A model generated the notes under the pieces. It did not search any database and was not told the origin of the DNA. It saw only the letters and a list, made by a program, of their open reading frames with translations. This document shows positions 38,451-52,060 of a stretch of DNA of 63,910 nucleotides, one piece after another. Within the stretch, counting starts at the first letter, position 1. Each line of letters starts with the position of its first letter. Source of the stretch: Vicugna vicugna (lineage: Eukaryota); NCBI GenBank assembly GCA_013265495.1, contig MU058636.1, positions 992,091 through 1,056,000 of the forward strand, in the 5' to 3' direction. A program made the position numbers and the translations under genes.

Positions 38451-40380
38451 AATAGGCGTTAATTTAACAGATATTCAGTGTGGATCATAAATAACAGTAG
38501 TAATATTTTGGTAGTCAGCTTATGAGCTTTTCGCTTTCATCGCAGTGTGATCACAGCCTGATTGCAGTGCTGATAAATGGCCTCTTCCTCTTCCTGTCCA
38601 ACTAAAGGGAAAAGGGAGGCAGGCACGGTGTCAGGTGAGCACTGATACCCTAACAGCAATCCCGTCTGGTGTCTGTGGCCCATTTTATGGTGTCTGTAGG
38701 CTCCTGGCTGCACCACCTCGTCGACAGCCCTGGGGGGGTCGTGAGGACTTGAGTTTAGTGGGATTCAGCTCCTGGAGAACTTGGGAGGCTGCTCGCTGCT
38801 CCAGGGCGGGCCGTCCCAGCACTGGCCCCTGCAGAACAGAAGTGTCTGTTCAAATCTTTTGCTCATAGTTTTAATTGGGTGGTTTTATTATTGAATTTTG
38901 AGAGTTTATATGTTTTGCATATAAGACCCTTATTAGATAAGTGATTTGCACTTTCATCCATTTTGTTAGCAATCTTTCCCATTTTACTCCAGAATGAAGC
39001 TTTAGGAGTGATGTGGGGGTTATTTTACAGTCTAGATCTCCCATGTTCTATTTAACTAAAAAAAGTTAATTTTATTTAAATGGCTGGTTTTGCCTGCTGG
39101 TCAAGACAGAGGAAGAAAATCGTTCCTGGTAAAAGTGTCTCTGAGGTTCCTGGATTATAAACTTGCATCAAAATAAATGTTTATACACAACGAAGAATTA
39201 CAAAACAGGTGGAGACTCGAGTATACAATAGATCCTGTGGTCCCAGGTGTCCCAAGTGTCCAGTCATCTGGGCACCAGGACCCAAATCCAGTTCTGAGGT
39301 GCCTGAAAGCCGGCTGGGTCTCTCGCAAAGGGGGGGGGGTGGAGACAGCAGCTCAGGGCTGGAGGGCCCTGTGAGAGCGAATCTGTTTTTCAGAAGAGGA
39401 AACCGAAGCCCACCTTGGTTAGTAATGCGCCCAGGGTCATGAGGTGTTAGTGGCAGGACTGGACCTGGAACCCAGGTCGTCCGGTTCCTCAGCCGGTGTT
39501 GTTTCTCTGGGCCTTTCTGCGCATCGTCGTGCGGGAACTTACAGACTGTGCTCTGACAGCCACGCTGGAACGATTATCCCGGGGAAGCACCGTCACAGAA
39601 TCTTACAGTCCCGCCCCCCCCGCCCCCACCTCATCACGACTTCATCTGAAGCTTCCCTGGAAGAGGTGAGGTCGTGTAGCTCTGGAGGGTGACAGCACAG
39701 GCTCTCCTCCACCCGTGGGAAGGTGACATCTGTGTGGTGTCTCCTGGGTGGTGTTGGCAGGCGAGCAGGATGCCACCAAGTGGGGGGAGGCAGACACGGT
39801 GCTGGGTCTTCACAGTGAAAGGGGCTCCGTGGGAGGAATGGGGGCGGCACTCAGAGGACTGGCTCTGGCGGGCGAGGTGGGAGCGGGGCCCCTCTTCTGC
39901 ATCACTTTTATTCTGAGGACAGAACTCGTACATACAAGTCCACGTGATTAGAAAGCCAGACAAGTGCAGTGCACGTCCGTGGCGCTTAGCGTGTGCGTGT
40001 CTCTGATGATCAGTTTTCAGTGTTTTTCTTTCCTACACTTTACGCTTTTATTAAGTTTGTTAATGACTTTCCTTGTTTTCTTTATGAGGGTTTCTAATTT
40101 ATTGTGGGTAGTTACCGACCTCTTGTTCCAACAGATTTTCCTGAAAAGAAATGACAACTCACAGTAAATCCTATTTTTTAGTGTATCTAGAACTTCCATG
40201 TTTTAACTTCTTCCTTGGGTGCGTACCCCTTCTTTGACATAATTTTCATGTGAATATTGTTACCTGTTTTCTGTGGCTTAGCCTTATCTTCAACCAGTGA
40301 ACTGTTCCTTCTTTACTGTTATAAGCAGAGTAATAACTAACATAACAGCATATAAGATATAATGAAGTTAATCGGTCACG

Positions 40381-40501
40381 TTTTAGGGGGAGGTGGTTAG
40401 GTTTATTTGTTTGTTTATTTTGACAGAGGTGCTGGGGATTGAACCGGGGACCTTGTGCATGCCAGGCACACACTCTACCCCTGAGCTGTGAACCCTCCCC
40501 C
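40381..40501 (-). mobile_element. tRNA-derived SINE (vic-1 type)
   Basis: gggggaggtggttaggtttatttgtttg...gaggtgctggggattgaaccggggaccttgtgcatgccaggcacacactctacccctgagctgtgaaccctcccc is the reverse of the SINE. Confidence 0.88.
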
Positions 40502-42459
40502 GGGCCGCTCTGTGAGTGGCCCTGTGCTGAGTGACCGTAGGTAGGTGTGATACCGCAGTAGGTCCTCCCCTGAGGGAGGTACCTTGTTCCCCTGCTCACA
40601 GGGAGGGAGGGAAGGCGCGGGGCAGCGGGGAAGTGGTGAACCGGAGGCGGCACACCTCGGTCGGGACGGCATACTATTCAAGTGTGAAGACACCGTCAGC
40701 GTGTTCCGCCCCGCCCTCCTGGACGTAAGGCGGAAACAGTCAGTAAAGACACAGACGTTGAGCAGCACGTGCCCTCTTCAGCTGGCGCCCGCTTTGGCGC
40801 TCCTCCATCCGCCCCGTTCCCTCTCCCAGAGCCCTTGTGCCACCGCTCTCGTCCACCTTCCGGCCAGATCAGTGTCACGGCCGCAGGGAGGCCGCCCTGG
40901 GCTGCTCGGAGGTCCGCACCCGCCCCTCCCCAGGGTCTCATAACCCGAGTCCCCTGACCTGTGTGCTTGGAGCAACGTCTTTCTTCCCTGGGGGAAGGGA
41001 CCTCGTCTGCTTCCAGCCACCTCGGGACCCCAGTGCCAGGTCAGTGCTCGGGTGGTATTTACTGGGTGGATGAACAGCGGGAGTGAAGAGAGCAGGAGGG
41101 GAAAGATTTCCTCCGGGCCTCACACGTCCCGCCCTTCAGGGGAGTACGGCATTCAGTGTCTGTGCCAGGAGTAAGTTTAACCGCAAGTGACTGGAACCCA
41201 GCGACGTGGCGTGAACACACAGGGTACTGCGTGCTTTACACTGCAGGAGCTCCAGGTTGGCACTGCAGGGCTGGTTCGCCTGCTCCGGTGTCGCCGAGGT
41301 CCTAGCTTTTCTGTTTCTGCTCCTGATCATTTTGTCAGCGTGACAGTGCATCCCAGTCGTCGGGTTTCCTGCCATCGTGAGCAGGAGGCTTGTTGCATCA
41401 GTAGTAGGCTTGCAATTCTGTGTACCTCCTGAAACAAGAAGTTGAGATTTTGCTTGCTTTATGGTGTCCTTTTTGAGGTGAGAGGTGGACTGCTTTCCCA
41501 GGATAACGGGGAAAGCTTCCCTGGGTGTCTGGCGACCTCCACTACCTTTCCTGACTGAAGTCTGTGGCACTGAAAGCTGATTGGAAGCTGCGTGTCCGGA
41601 GAGGTGATTGGCAGGTGTCCCTGTTGGTGGCCTGGCCGGCTGTTTTAATAGGGAGAAGCCTCGTCACAATGCCAGTGTTTGTAGACCTTCTCTCTCCAAA
41701 CATTCCTCGGGGAGGCATGTTCCAGTCTTCTTGGCTGGTGTCCTGGGAGCCCCGTGGAGAAGGGAGCTGGGGTGCGTGGGGCAGGTCTGCCTCACCACTC
41801 AGCACAGGCTGGTTGGATGCTCCTGGTTTCAGTGATTCCCCAGCCCCCTCGCTCTACCTAGTGTTTCCAGTCCAGATCTCAAATTCACCTTTTCCAGAGA
41901 GGAAAGCGCGCTGGGCCAGGGGAGGAGGGGCAGCCCAGGAAGGGAGGAGAAGTTCGTAAATGGATCTTAAGAGGCCTCATGCCTCCATCTCCCCGTTTTA
42001 GGTGCCCGGCCCCTCCTGCCCAAGCCTTGGTGGACAGGCAGGCAAGGATCGGTGGTCCAGGTGGGTGGGCACCATCCTGCATCCTCCTCTGTGTCCAGGG
42101 CGGCCTCTCCCATGTTCTGGTCCGTTAGCTCTGCCCACAGCTCGCGGCTGCTGCTTCGCCCCCTCTGGTCGCGTCGCGGTAAGACGCGCGCATTCAGCCC
42201 CCGGCTTGACTGGGAGTCTCGCACGTGCTGCTTTCCTGTAAGAGCAGGACTGTGCTGTAATCTGCCTTTGGAATCTGTAGCGTTCCTTTAAACACTTCTG
42301 CCTCTGTTGCGTATTTAGCCGATTCTCGCGCGTAGAAACGATAGGATAATGCAGATTCCCGGGAAAGAGTCCATGTTCCAGGGAGTTAAAACTCAGGGCT
42401 TGTTAAAACGCGAATGCAAACTCTGAAGAGACGTCTTGTTAACTTTCAGACCACGAGCC

Positions 42460-42592
42460 ATGCCTCTGGTGAAGAGGAACATCGAGCCCCGGCACCTGTG
42501 CCGCGGAGCCCTGCCCGAGGGCATCACCAGTGAACTTGAGTGTGTCACCAACAGCACCCTAGCCGCCATCATCCGCCAGCTGAGCAGCCTGA
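42460..42592 (+). CDS. WASF3: WASF3/WAVE3 first coding exon (exon starts 42450 with 10 nt UTR; codons 1-44 plus 1 nt): MPLVKRNIEPRHLCRGALPEGITSELECVTNSTLAAIIRQLSSL
   Basis: Acceptor aactttcag|accacgagccATG; Kozak-like GCC ATG; donor CTG A|gtgagt. The peptide is the recognisable WAVE homology domain N-terminus, and RGALPEGITSELECVTNSTLAAIIRQ is the WAVE3-type version. Confidence 0.97.
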
Positions 42593-44053
42593 GTGAGTCC
42601 TGCTTTCTGATTACCAATGACGTATTTATTAATTTGAACACATTTAGCAAATCCTGTTCTGTTAACACAGTTGTCCAAAGGAGAGACTGCCGCTTGAGGG
42701 AGAGAGCGTCCCCTCTCCTTCCCTCTTGAATTTCCCAGCATGAAGTTAACTGTTGCGTCCTCAGTAGTCCGGTGATACCAACTCCGTGAAGTTAGAATGG
42801 ACCAGTCCACAAATTACTAGACAAGACCAAACGTGTAGATTTAAAGTAGTAGTGTTTTTTTTTAAAGCTTGTTAAAAAAAGAGGATAAAGTAACTGGTAG
42901 GAAATTTTTTTCAAACGTGGGTTATTTATTAAACTTGGACAAAACTAATTTTTTTTATTGTACCACATTGAAAATAGGTCACACCTGTATTATGCTTGGC
43001 TGCTCAATAAATGTTTGTTGATTGACCAACATCCCAAATAAATCAAAGAACAAAGTCCCAGACTAGTAAGATTTGCTGATTTTATCCTACTGAAGGTTAA
43101 AATGCAGGTACTGACTTCCACCCTGCGGTCAGCAGGCGAGCTGACGGCCGCACGTGTGCAGTACCCTGTGTGTGTTACGCACACGGGTTACACAGACGCG
43201 AATGCAACCATCAGGAAGAGAAGGCCTCCTGTTTTTCCTGATGTTGGACATTAATATGAAATACCCAGGAATATTCCGATTCTTACGACTCAGATGTGCA
43301 CGAAAATGCTTTTCCTTCAAAGCGTTCTGAAGTTGCCGTGTTCCTCCCCGGCTTCCTCGTTTCCGTGCGATCTTACTTTCTCACTTCTCCCCACTCCTTT
43401 CAGTTTAGATGGTTTACACTGCGTCTTGGGTGACAGGTGTTCACAGTGAAGATTTTCAGAACCTCTGCTAATAACTAGAAAATCCTGCATGGAATTTCAC
43501 ATCTTGCTAGCCTCAAACACGGGAGAATGGTTTTTAAAAACTCTAGTATTTTTATTTATTTTGAAGAAGAAACACTATGAGTATTTTTTTCTTTAAAAGA
43601 ATTGCACTGCATCATTATTGATATATTTTGATGTATCGACAACCATTGGCTAAGGCAAAAGTAACTTGGCAAATACTTAAAATGGGTTTTAAAATAGATT
43701 TCTCTTGAAATGTGAACTAATTATAGTTGATTGTTGGTAGTGGTTGTTGATAAAATGTACAAACTCATATAAACATGGGGGATCCTTTGTAAATTACTGA
43801 AGGGTAGAAATGCTTCTGTTTGCATTCATATACTTTTGTAAGAATGCTTTAGTCTCTTGTTTTTATGGCTCTTGGCATAGAGTCCAAGTGATGAAAACCA
43901 GCATGACTTGTTCAAGTTTTAATGATCACACCTCGCCTTGTGCTGTAATATTCAGTCCAGTGTTACGCCGGTCTTGTCCATGGTCCCTGCCTGGCCACAG
44001 ACCCTTGTAAGTGAAACTACCCACACGGTATGTTTTATTCCACGAAGTCCACA

Positions 44054-44516
44054 CGTAGGCAGGATGGTGACAGCCCCTCAGAGGATGTCCGCGTCCTAAT
44101 CCATGGATCTGGGATGTGCTGTGTGGCAGGGCACGGGGGTGTTGAGGCTGCTAGCCAGCTACCCTCCGAGGAGGTTACCCACGTGGGCCCCGTGTCATCA
44201 CGGGGGCCCTTTACCTGTGGAGGAAGGAGTGTCGGAGTGATCTGACGTGAGAAAGATGGAGCAGCCTTTGCTGGCTTTGAAGATGGGAGAAGAGGCCACC
44301 GGCCAAGGACGCGGGTGACCTCTGGAAATGGCAGAAGGAAGGAAATGGACTTTCCCCGGAGCCTCCCTGAGGAGCGTGGCTCCACCAGCCCCTCGGCTTT
44401 AGCCCAGTGATGCCCCTTTCAGGCTTCTCAACTCCAGGGCTGTGAGAAGGTGACTCTGTGTTGTTTTACTCCACTACGTTTGTGGAAATTGGTACAGCAG
44501 CAGTGGAAGCAGGGCA
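44054..44516 (+). mobile_element. MaLR solo LTR (MLT1D-like)
   Basis: gtaggcaggatg...gatgtccgcgtcctaatcc, ttgctggctttgaagatgg, aaggaaatggactttcccc, ttttagcccagtga and tttgtggaaattggtacagcagcagtggaa are MLT1 hallmarks. Confidence 0.8.
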
Positions 44517-44874
44517 GCACTGGAGCCTGGTCACGTTTTGTACGCACACCCGCTCCAGCCTCGTGAGTGGACCCGGGTGGGTTCCCACCTCACGGACGGT
44601 CAGCTCCGTCCGGCTGCTCAGCGAATCGCACCCTGTCTCTGTTGCAATCATCTGGGAGCTTTAAGAAGAAGATGCTGGGAGTCGCTGCAGAGGTGCTGTG
44701 GGAGTGTGCACCGGAGATGGGGCCTGCGGGTCAGACACCAGGGGCTGGAGTGAGAAGACCAGCCGGTCAGTCACGTCTTTTGGGAAGTTTGACCTAAGAC
44801 ACCGAGCATGTGCTTGTTTATTACGGGATGTGCTGCTGAAATGTCATTCAGGACTGGAGAGGTCAGGGTGGCAA

Positions 44875-45245
44875 AGTGGATGGACCTAGAGAATATTACG
44901 CTCAATGACTTAAGTCAGTCAAAGAAAGACAAGTACTGTATGATATCGCTTGTGTGTGGAATCTAAAAGGTGAATGAATCTGTATACAAACCAGAAACAG
45001 ACTCACAGATACAGAAAACAAGCTAGTGGCTACCAGTGGGGAGAGAGGAGGGGCAAGAAAGGGGTATGGGATTTAAGAGAACAAGCTATTATGAATAAAA
45101 CAGACAAGCAACAAGGGTATATTGTGCAGCACAGGGAATTGTAGCCATTATCTTACAATAACTTTTAATGGAGTATAATCTGTAAAAATACTGAATCACT
45201 GCACTGTACACCTGAAGCTAAAATAATATTGTAAATCAACTCTCC
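44875..45245 (+). mobile_element. L1 3' end (sense)
   Basis: gtggatggacctagagaatattacgct...agtcagtcaaagaaagacaagtactgtatgatatc...gcacagggaattgtagcc...tgtacacctgaagctaa...gtaaatcaact. Confidence 0.85.
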
Positions 45246-45445
45246 TTTTTTTTTTTTTTTTACCTTTTTTAAAAAAATTGAAGTATCTGTTACAACGTGT
45301 CAATTTCCGGTGTACAGCACAATGTCCCAGTCATGCATATACATACATATATTCATTTTCACATTGTTTTAAATTAAAGGCTATTATGAGATAGTGAATA
45401 TAGTTCCCTGTGCTATACAGAAGAAATTTATTTTTTTAATCTATT
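45246..45445 (-). mobile_element. Short L1 3' end (antisense) with poly-T, inserted at the tail of the preceding L1
   Basis: Poly-T followed by ttgaagtat...ggtgtacagcacaatg...gaatatagttccctgtgctatacag, the reverse of an L1 3' terminus similar to the 14943-15393 element. Confidence 0.85.
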
Positions 45446-47539
45446 CAGTTCTACTTTAGTTTAAAAAAATAGCGTGTTACTTGCTTTACCAGCAGTGGGG
45501 TGTTGATTTTTTTTGTTCAAATGATGACAGTTTAGTGCAGCAGTTAACATTACATCAGGAGTGCTTTTTCATCATTTCCCCTCATTAATTATCTGCCTGC
45601 TCTTGCTCCTATCAGCTAGTTGCTCAATTAAAATTACACTATCTTGCAATCAAATTCCTACTGATATTATAATGTAATTTTAACGTAATTTGCTTTAAAA
45701 AGGAAACAGGGCATTTGTGCCAAGGATGACGCACATCCTTTCCAGTACCTCACAGGCTGGCGTCCACTTCTTTCTCTTTGTTCTTGTGGTAACAGCTATC
45801 TTCCTTTTTCTTTCTTAAGAAGGCCCCCCACGATGTCATAAGGAAAGGAGTGAGACCTTCGGTGAACCCTTTGCCCCAAGGTTTTTGGTTGTATCTGATG
45901 GCACTAATGAGATAGAGAATTTAGCAAAAGGGAAAAAAATTACAACATTTCTGTTAATCAGAGGAAATCACTTATAATGCTTAGTATATACATCTTTATA
46001 AAAATGGTGTCTCCTAATATGGTTTGATAGCCTATACGCACTTGATATGTAACAAATGTCTTTGTTAATTCTTCTAAGACACATTTTTTAATAGCTAGAG
46101 ATTACTGTATTATATTGATATACCACTGTTAACCATTATCTTGCTGTTGGACACGTGTATATTTCTTTGTTGTGGGGGCACCGTCATAAATTCATGTATA
46201 AAATTGGTACTTACATATCTGGTCCTTTTTGGCTTTTTTTTTTTTTTCAATTTCTTATGTCTTGCAAGTCATCAAACCTCACAAAAAGCTAAGATCATTT
46301 TTACAAATGGTATACATTTCTGGGACTCCATTAATTTTAAACATGAGTCTCTTTTAAAAAAACTATTACAAAATTTATTTTCCATTAATTTCTATATTTT
46401 GAGCACTTGTATAAATGAGAAAGTCTGTTTTCCTCTCAGATTTTAATTAGTGATTACTATTTTATTAATATTATGTCTCCTTATGGTACATATTATGTCT
46501 CTTATGAAACCAAATTCCAAATCGACAAAACAGGTCTTCCCAGAGGGCTTGCAATGCAGCCCTTTGCTTTATGCAGTTGGATCTGAAATGAGGAGTTGTG
46601 TTCGATTATACCGAGTGCAGTTCTACTCAGAATAGAGACTTAAATATTTTGAAGACATGCACTGAAAAGATTTCTTGGATATTTTTAGCCAAATGGGATC
46701 TTAGAGGGGAAAAGATGATTTAAATGCAATAAATACGAGAAAAATAGATCACAAGTTCATTTCCATGCAGGCTAATGCTGGGTTAAGGGGAATTTAAGAG
46801 AAAATGTATTAGAGTTGACTGGAAGAAACAGCATGAATTTTTAGAAATTTACTGCTTCAAACTGAGATAAGTGTTTGCATTTCTTGTGGATAAAAATAGA
46901 AAGCCACGAATGGAGGCGAGAAGTCATGTGCACTTGTGAAAGCGTAGGGTGAAAGTTCTGTCAGCCGTAGAGTTGGAGGCAGGTATGTAATAAGAACCCC
47001 TTCCCCACGAAGGCAGGGTTGCTGGGGATTCAGACGCTTCCTCGACTCCCGTCACTTGGCCTGGAGCGTCAGGCAGCCTTCCTTGCGGGCGTCACAGGAG
47101 TCGTGACGAGAAATGCTGCTTGTTTCTCCTGGCCCTGGACGGCCTGCAACGGAGCAGGACTTAAATGCTGAGTAGGTCCCGAGAGCAAGGCTGGAGAGTC
47201 AGCGCGTCTGAGTGTGCGCTCAGGCCGCCAGACCTCTCTGGTCTCATCTTCTGTGTCCTTCCCTTACGTGAGTTTGTGGGCTCGGGTAACACGTCTGAAG
47301 TGATTTGTAAGTGCGTTTCTGATTGTTTTGACTTAGACTGAATTGTCATCTAAAAACTTTGAGGGAAGATTTTAAAGGTTTTTAATCCCTTTTTCTAAAC
47401 TTGTGCTCATTGCGATCACTGTCATATCAGGTACATGACTGATTATCCGCAGCCCAGACTTAGCAGCGTTCTTTCTGGGACTGGGGCCTTTTATAGGCGT
47501 GAGCATTGCCTGCTCCAGTCCCCGCTGTTCTTTCACACA

Positions 47540-50500
47540 CATTGTCCAAACAATAAACATAAGGCACATGGAGGAGGAGAAGAGTGTGACCTACAGTCAA
47601 GAGGAAAACAAGTCAGTAGAAACAGGACCCACAGATGACCTCAGTGTTGGAGCTTGCTAACAGGTACTTTAAAATAGCTATGGAAAAGGTGCTGAAGGGA
47701 CTTCAGTTTCCAGCTTGGCATCTAAGGAACTTTGAAGTCAGTCCCGTCTGTCGAACGAAGAAAAGCTCAATAAACTGAAATCAACAACTTCTTTTAGATC
47801 CATCAGAGAACTGAGGTTGCAGGACAAAGTGCAGCCCCAAAATTTGGAGAGACAGACAGACATACCCTGAGAGTCACAACTCACCTGGCCGGAGCCCTGA
47901 GGGGGTTTGGGAACCAGCTCCTGGGCTGGATTACAGGGGGTTCCGTGAGAACAGATTTGAGGGTTCCTGCCCTGGAGGGCCTGGTGTTAGCGGGGGCCTT
48001 ACTGTTGGGAGCCCCAGCGGGGTCTCGCAGCGAAGATCACAGAAAAATCCCCTGTGCTTCCATCCGAGGGAGGGGAAAGGAGCCATTTTCAAAAACAACC
48101 AGAGCGTTCTGTTTTTCTTGGCGTGTACCTGCCATCCAATGAAGCTGTTGAACCACAGCCTAAGGGAGCTGGGTTTTACCAGAGCCTAACAGACCTGGGG
48201 GAGGGAAGCACCCCTCCTGTCTCAATTGGGAATGGGGGGAGACCAGATCACAGGACTGCTGCCGACAGATGAATGGATGAAGAAGACGTGGTACAAATGC
48301 AGTGGGATATTATTCAGAAGCAGAAAAGAAGGAAGTCCTGCCATTTGTGATGTGGGTGAACCTAGGGGATGCTGTGCTCAGTGGAATAAACCAGACAGAG
48401 AAAGACAAGTGCTGTGTGGCTTCAGTTATATGTGGGAGCTAAAATACAGTCAAACTCATAGAGACAAAGAGCAGATGGTTGTAACCGGGTGACGGGCCGG
48501 AGGGAGGCGGACAGGGAGACTCTGGTCAGAGGGTCCAAGCCTCAAGTGTAAGAGGAAGAAGCCCCAAGGCTCTGATGTGCAGTGTGGTGGCTACAGTTAA
48601 ACAGTGTGTATTGTACACTTGAAATTTGCTGTGAGAGTAGATCTGAAGTGTTCTTACCAAAACCCCAAAACCTCCAAACTATGTGAGGTTAATTTACCAA
48701 GTTGATCTGATCAGGATGATCATTTCACAGGGTGTGTGTTTATCAATCGTCACATTATAAACTTCATGTACAGTTTTATTTGTCACTTACTCGTCAGGAG
48801 AGCTGTCCCCTCCCCTTACTGACACATCACGAAAGGCCTGGGCACCCCAGGTCCTATTATCCCTATGTCGTACTTGACTTTCAGCAACTACAGAAAAGAT
48901 TTAAAAGGCAAAAAACACAATTTGAGGAGACAGAGCAAGCACTGGAACCAGGCTCAGATGTGGCAGGGATGTTGGACTTCTCAGACCAGGAATTTAAAGT
49001 GACTGTGATTGATATGCTGAGGGCTCTGATGGAAAAAGGAGACCGCATTCAAGAACACATGGGTAGTGTGAGTGTAGACACGGGAGTTCTAAGGAAGGAT
49101 AAAAAAGTATATGGACAGAGTGAAAAAGGTGGACAACATGTGTGAAGAAATAGGGGATTTCTTCACAGGGAAATGGAAACTATTAAGAAAGAAACAAGAA
49201 ATACCAGACCTGCAAACGGCAGCACCCGAAGTGAAGTCATCGGTGGCCCGAAGAGCAGACCTGAGCAGAAGTCAGCGGCGAATCTGGAAACAAAGGCAAC
49301 AGAAATTACCCAGACTGACTCACAGGAGAAACGAATAAGGAAAAAAATAAAACCTTAAGAGAGCATGCAAAACAGGGGACAATAACAAACTGTCTGAAGG
49401 GTGTAACTGGAGTCCCAGCAGAAGAGAGAGCGAAAACAAGGCAGAAGAAGTGACAGATGAGCATTTTTGAATATTCATGGTCAGTATTCAACCAGTGGAT
49501 TCAAGGAGCTCAGCAAATTTCAGGAAGAAATTTTTTTAAATTAAAATTAAAAAATTAAAACAAGAAAAGCACACCTAGTCACACAGCGATACTGCTAACA
49601 GGACAAAGATACAAAGAAAGTCTTAGAAGAAGCAAGAGGAGAAAGCACGTGGCGTACTAGGATGGAGACAGTGTTAAGAAAGACAGCTGACTCCTCACCA
49701 GAAACAGCAGGGACTGGAAGCCTGGAAGTAAGAAGTGAAACGACGTTTTACCCACACAGAGTCTGAGGCAGCCTTCAGCCGACCTGCACTGCAGGAAGCG
49801 CTGTGAACATTCTCTAGGCTGACGGGGATGGTGCTGGATGCTAGCTCTGACCCATGCAAAGTACTGAAGATCACCAGATAGAGCAAACACGGGCGTACAT
49901 ATAAAAGGCCACTTAAAGTACGCATTTCTGTCTATTTGTTTAAAACACTGTTGACTGTTTAAAGTCTATTGTGGAGTTCATAACCTACGTGACATGAAAA
50001 TATGTGACAGTAAGGCGCTAAGGGAAGAAAGGGAAGCAGAATTATCCTGCAGGCTTCACGTTGTGTATGAAATGCTCCATTAGAAGGGACGGTAAGCTGA
50101 GTTAAGGATGCACATTTTCATTGCCGGTCACCTCTAAGGATAACACATAGAGGAGATAAAACGGATCCTAAGATAATTATTTGATCACCCCAGGAGAAGG
50201 CAGGAAGGGAGCAAGGGAACAAGGGACAGGAAGGACAAATGGAAGACCAGGGCCCAGGTACAGAATTAAGCTGGCCGTGTCGGCAGTCACGTGAAGAGGA
50301 ACCATTGCACCCACTGCACTTAAACGGCAGAGCTTATCAGGCTGAATAAAAAATCAAGGCTAGAATACTTGTATTTTTTTAAGGATGGAGATACAGATTT
50401 AAAGAAAATAATGGGAAAATTATACCATATAGACATAATACATAAGAAAGCTGACGTGGCTATATTAACACTAAATGAAGGAGACTGCAGAACAGATCAA

Positions 50501-51130
50501 GGACATTTCATGGTGATAAAAGGGTCCATTTATCAAGAACACACAAGCTTGATTGGTTATATACCTAAAAAGAGAGCTACCGAGTACACAGAATAAAGAC
50601 AGAACCAAAGGGAGAAATAGACAAACCCAGAGTCATAGAGATTTTAACAAAAACCTCTCGATAATTGATAAAAACAAATAAATTAAAAAATCTACGTGGA
50701 TATAGAAGGTTTGAGCAACACCCCCAGCCGATCTGACTTAATTTTCCTTTCCTGAACACTGAACTCCCACCTGTAGGGTACACGTTCTTTTAATGTTCAG
50801 TTCGCATGGAATGTCCTTGAAGATGGGACATGTGCTTGGCCATAAGATGATACTTTTGGAAAGACTGATATCATAAAGAGTATGGTGCTAATGGAAAAAA
50901 TATTATAATAATCTTTTTAGCTAATTTGCACATACTGGAAATCAAGCAATATCTTCCAAAATAATCCTTGGGTCAGAGAAGAAATCAAAAAGGACGTTGC
51001 AAACGGTTTCTAACTGTGTGGGTAATGAACACGCAAAATTACCGCTGTGTGTGTGGGATTTACGTAAAGAGGTGCTTAGAGGGAGGTTGGAAGCGTCAGG
51101 GGCTTGTGTTGGAAGGGAGGCGTGAAGCAT
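47540..51130 (+). mobile_element. Nested old L1 fragments: 5' region/ORF1 and ORF2 endonuclease-region remnants, with an L1MA-like 3' end inserted at ~48265-48790
   Basis: ORF 48732-49145 includes KRQKTQFEETEQALEPGSDVAGMLDFSDQEFKVTVIDMLRALMEK (L1M ORF1 N-terminus-like). ORF 50369-50596 includes KKADVAILTLNEGD...GHFMVIKGSIYQE (L1 endonuclease-like). The insert starts acagatgaatggatgaagaagacgtggtac. Confidence 0.8.
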
Positions 51131-51199
51131 GAGGCTGCTCTGCTCGGCAGCCCTGCTGGCCTCCCTTTGCCAATTAGCTCTGCCCGGAGAGTGCCTGCC

Positions 51200-52060
51200 T
51201 CCTCTCTGCTCTTTCCACCTCAGACTCTGAGCTCATGACTGGCTTCCTATTTCACTGAGAAAGTAGAAGCCGTGGGGGGAGAACCAGACACCCCACTTCT
51301 GCCAGACCTGCCCTCGGCCATGCCGCCGCACCAGCCTGTCCCGCGCACCCCGCCCTGCGGTGGGGACTGTTTGCGCTTCTGTCGGGAGCACCGGACCCCA
51401 CGCCTGATGCGCCCTCCGGGACCAGGTCTACCCCCTCTCTTCCCTGCATCATCCGCCCCCACCCCTCGTAGCGTCAGTCCTGATGCCAGATATTAACACA
51501 CTGAGAAGCCTCCCAACTTAGATCCCCCTCACGTCACCCTCTGCCTGTCTCCCCCTTTCCTGCTCCCTTCACAGCAAGGTTCCTGAAAAGAACCATTCAC
51601 GTCTCCGCTGCCTTTACGTCCCTCGTCGTCTCTTGTCCCCACTGGAGTCTTGTCCCATTTTTCTTGGAACTGTGTTTGTCAGCACCACCAGTGACGCCCT
51701 TGTTGCTGGCGCCTGCGCTCAGCCTCGGGCGCGCGGCCTGATCCCTGAGCACCGCTGGCTGTAGCCGATGACCGCCTCCTTCTGGAGGGGCTTTCCCACC
51801 GCCTCGGGCCGCACATGGTGTTTCTCCTGCCCCGGGCGCTCTCCTGTATTCTCTCCTCTGATGATCTTCCCAGCCTCCCCCGTTGGAGGGCTCCAGAGTA
51901 TGGCCACAAAACTCTCTTCTACCTGCTCCCGTTCACCTGGCGACCTCATCTGTCCTGTGGCTGGAAATGCACCTGAAGTCCACGCCGATGACCTCCACAT
52001 GTGTCACTTCGGTTCTGACCTCCCTAGACCTCCAGCTTACGTACACAGCTGCCTGCTAGA
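51200..52060 (+). mobile_element. Degenerate L2 LINE fragment
   Basis: tggcttcctatttcactgagaaagtagaagc, ctctcctctgatg and ccacgccgatgacctccacatgtgtcac...tgacctccctagacctccagcttacgtacacagctgcctgct are pyrimidine-rich sense L2 motifs. Confidence 0.6.
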
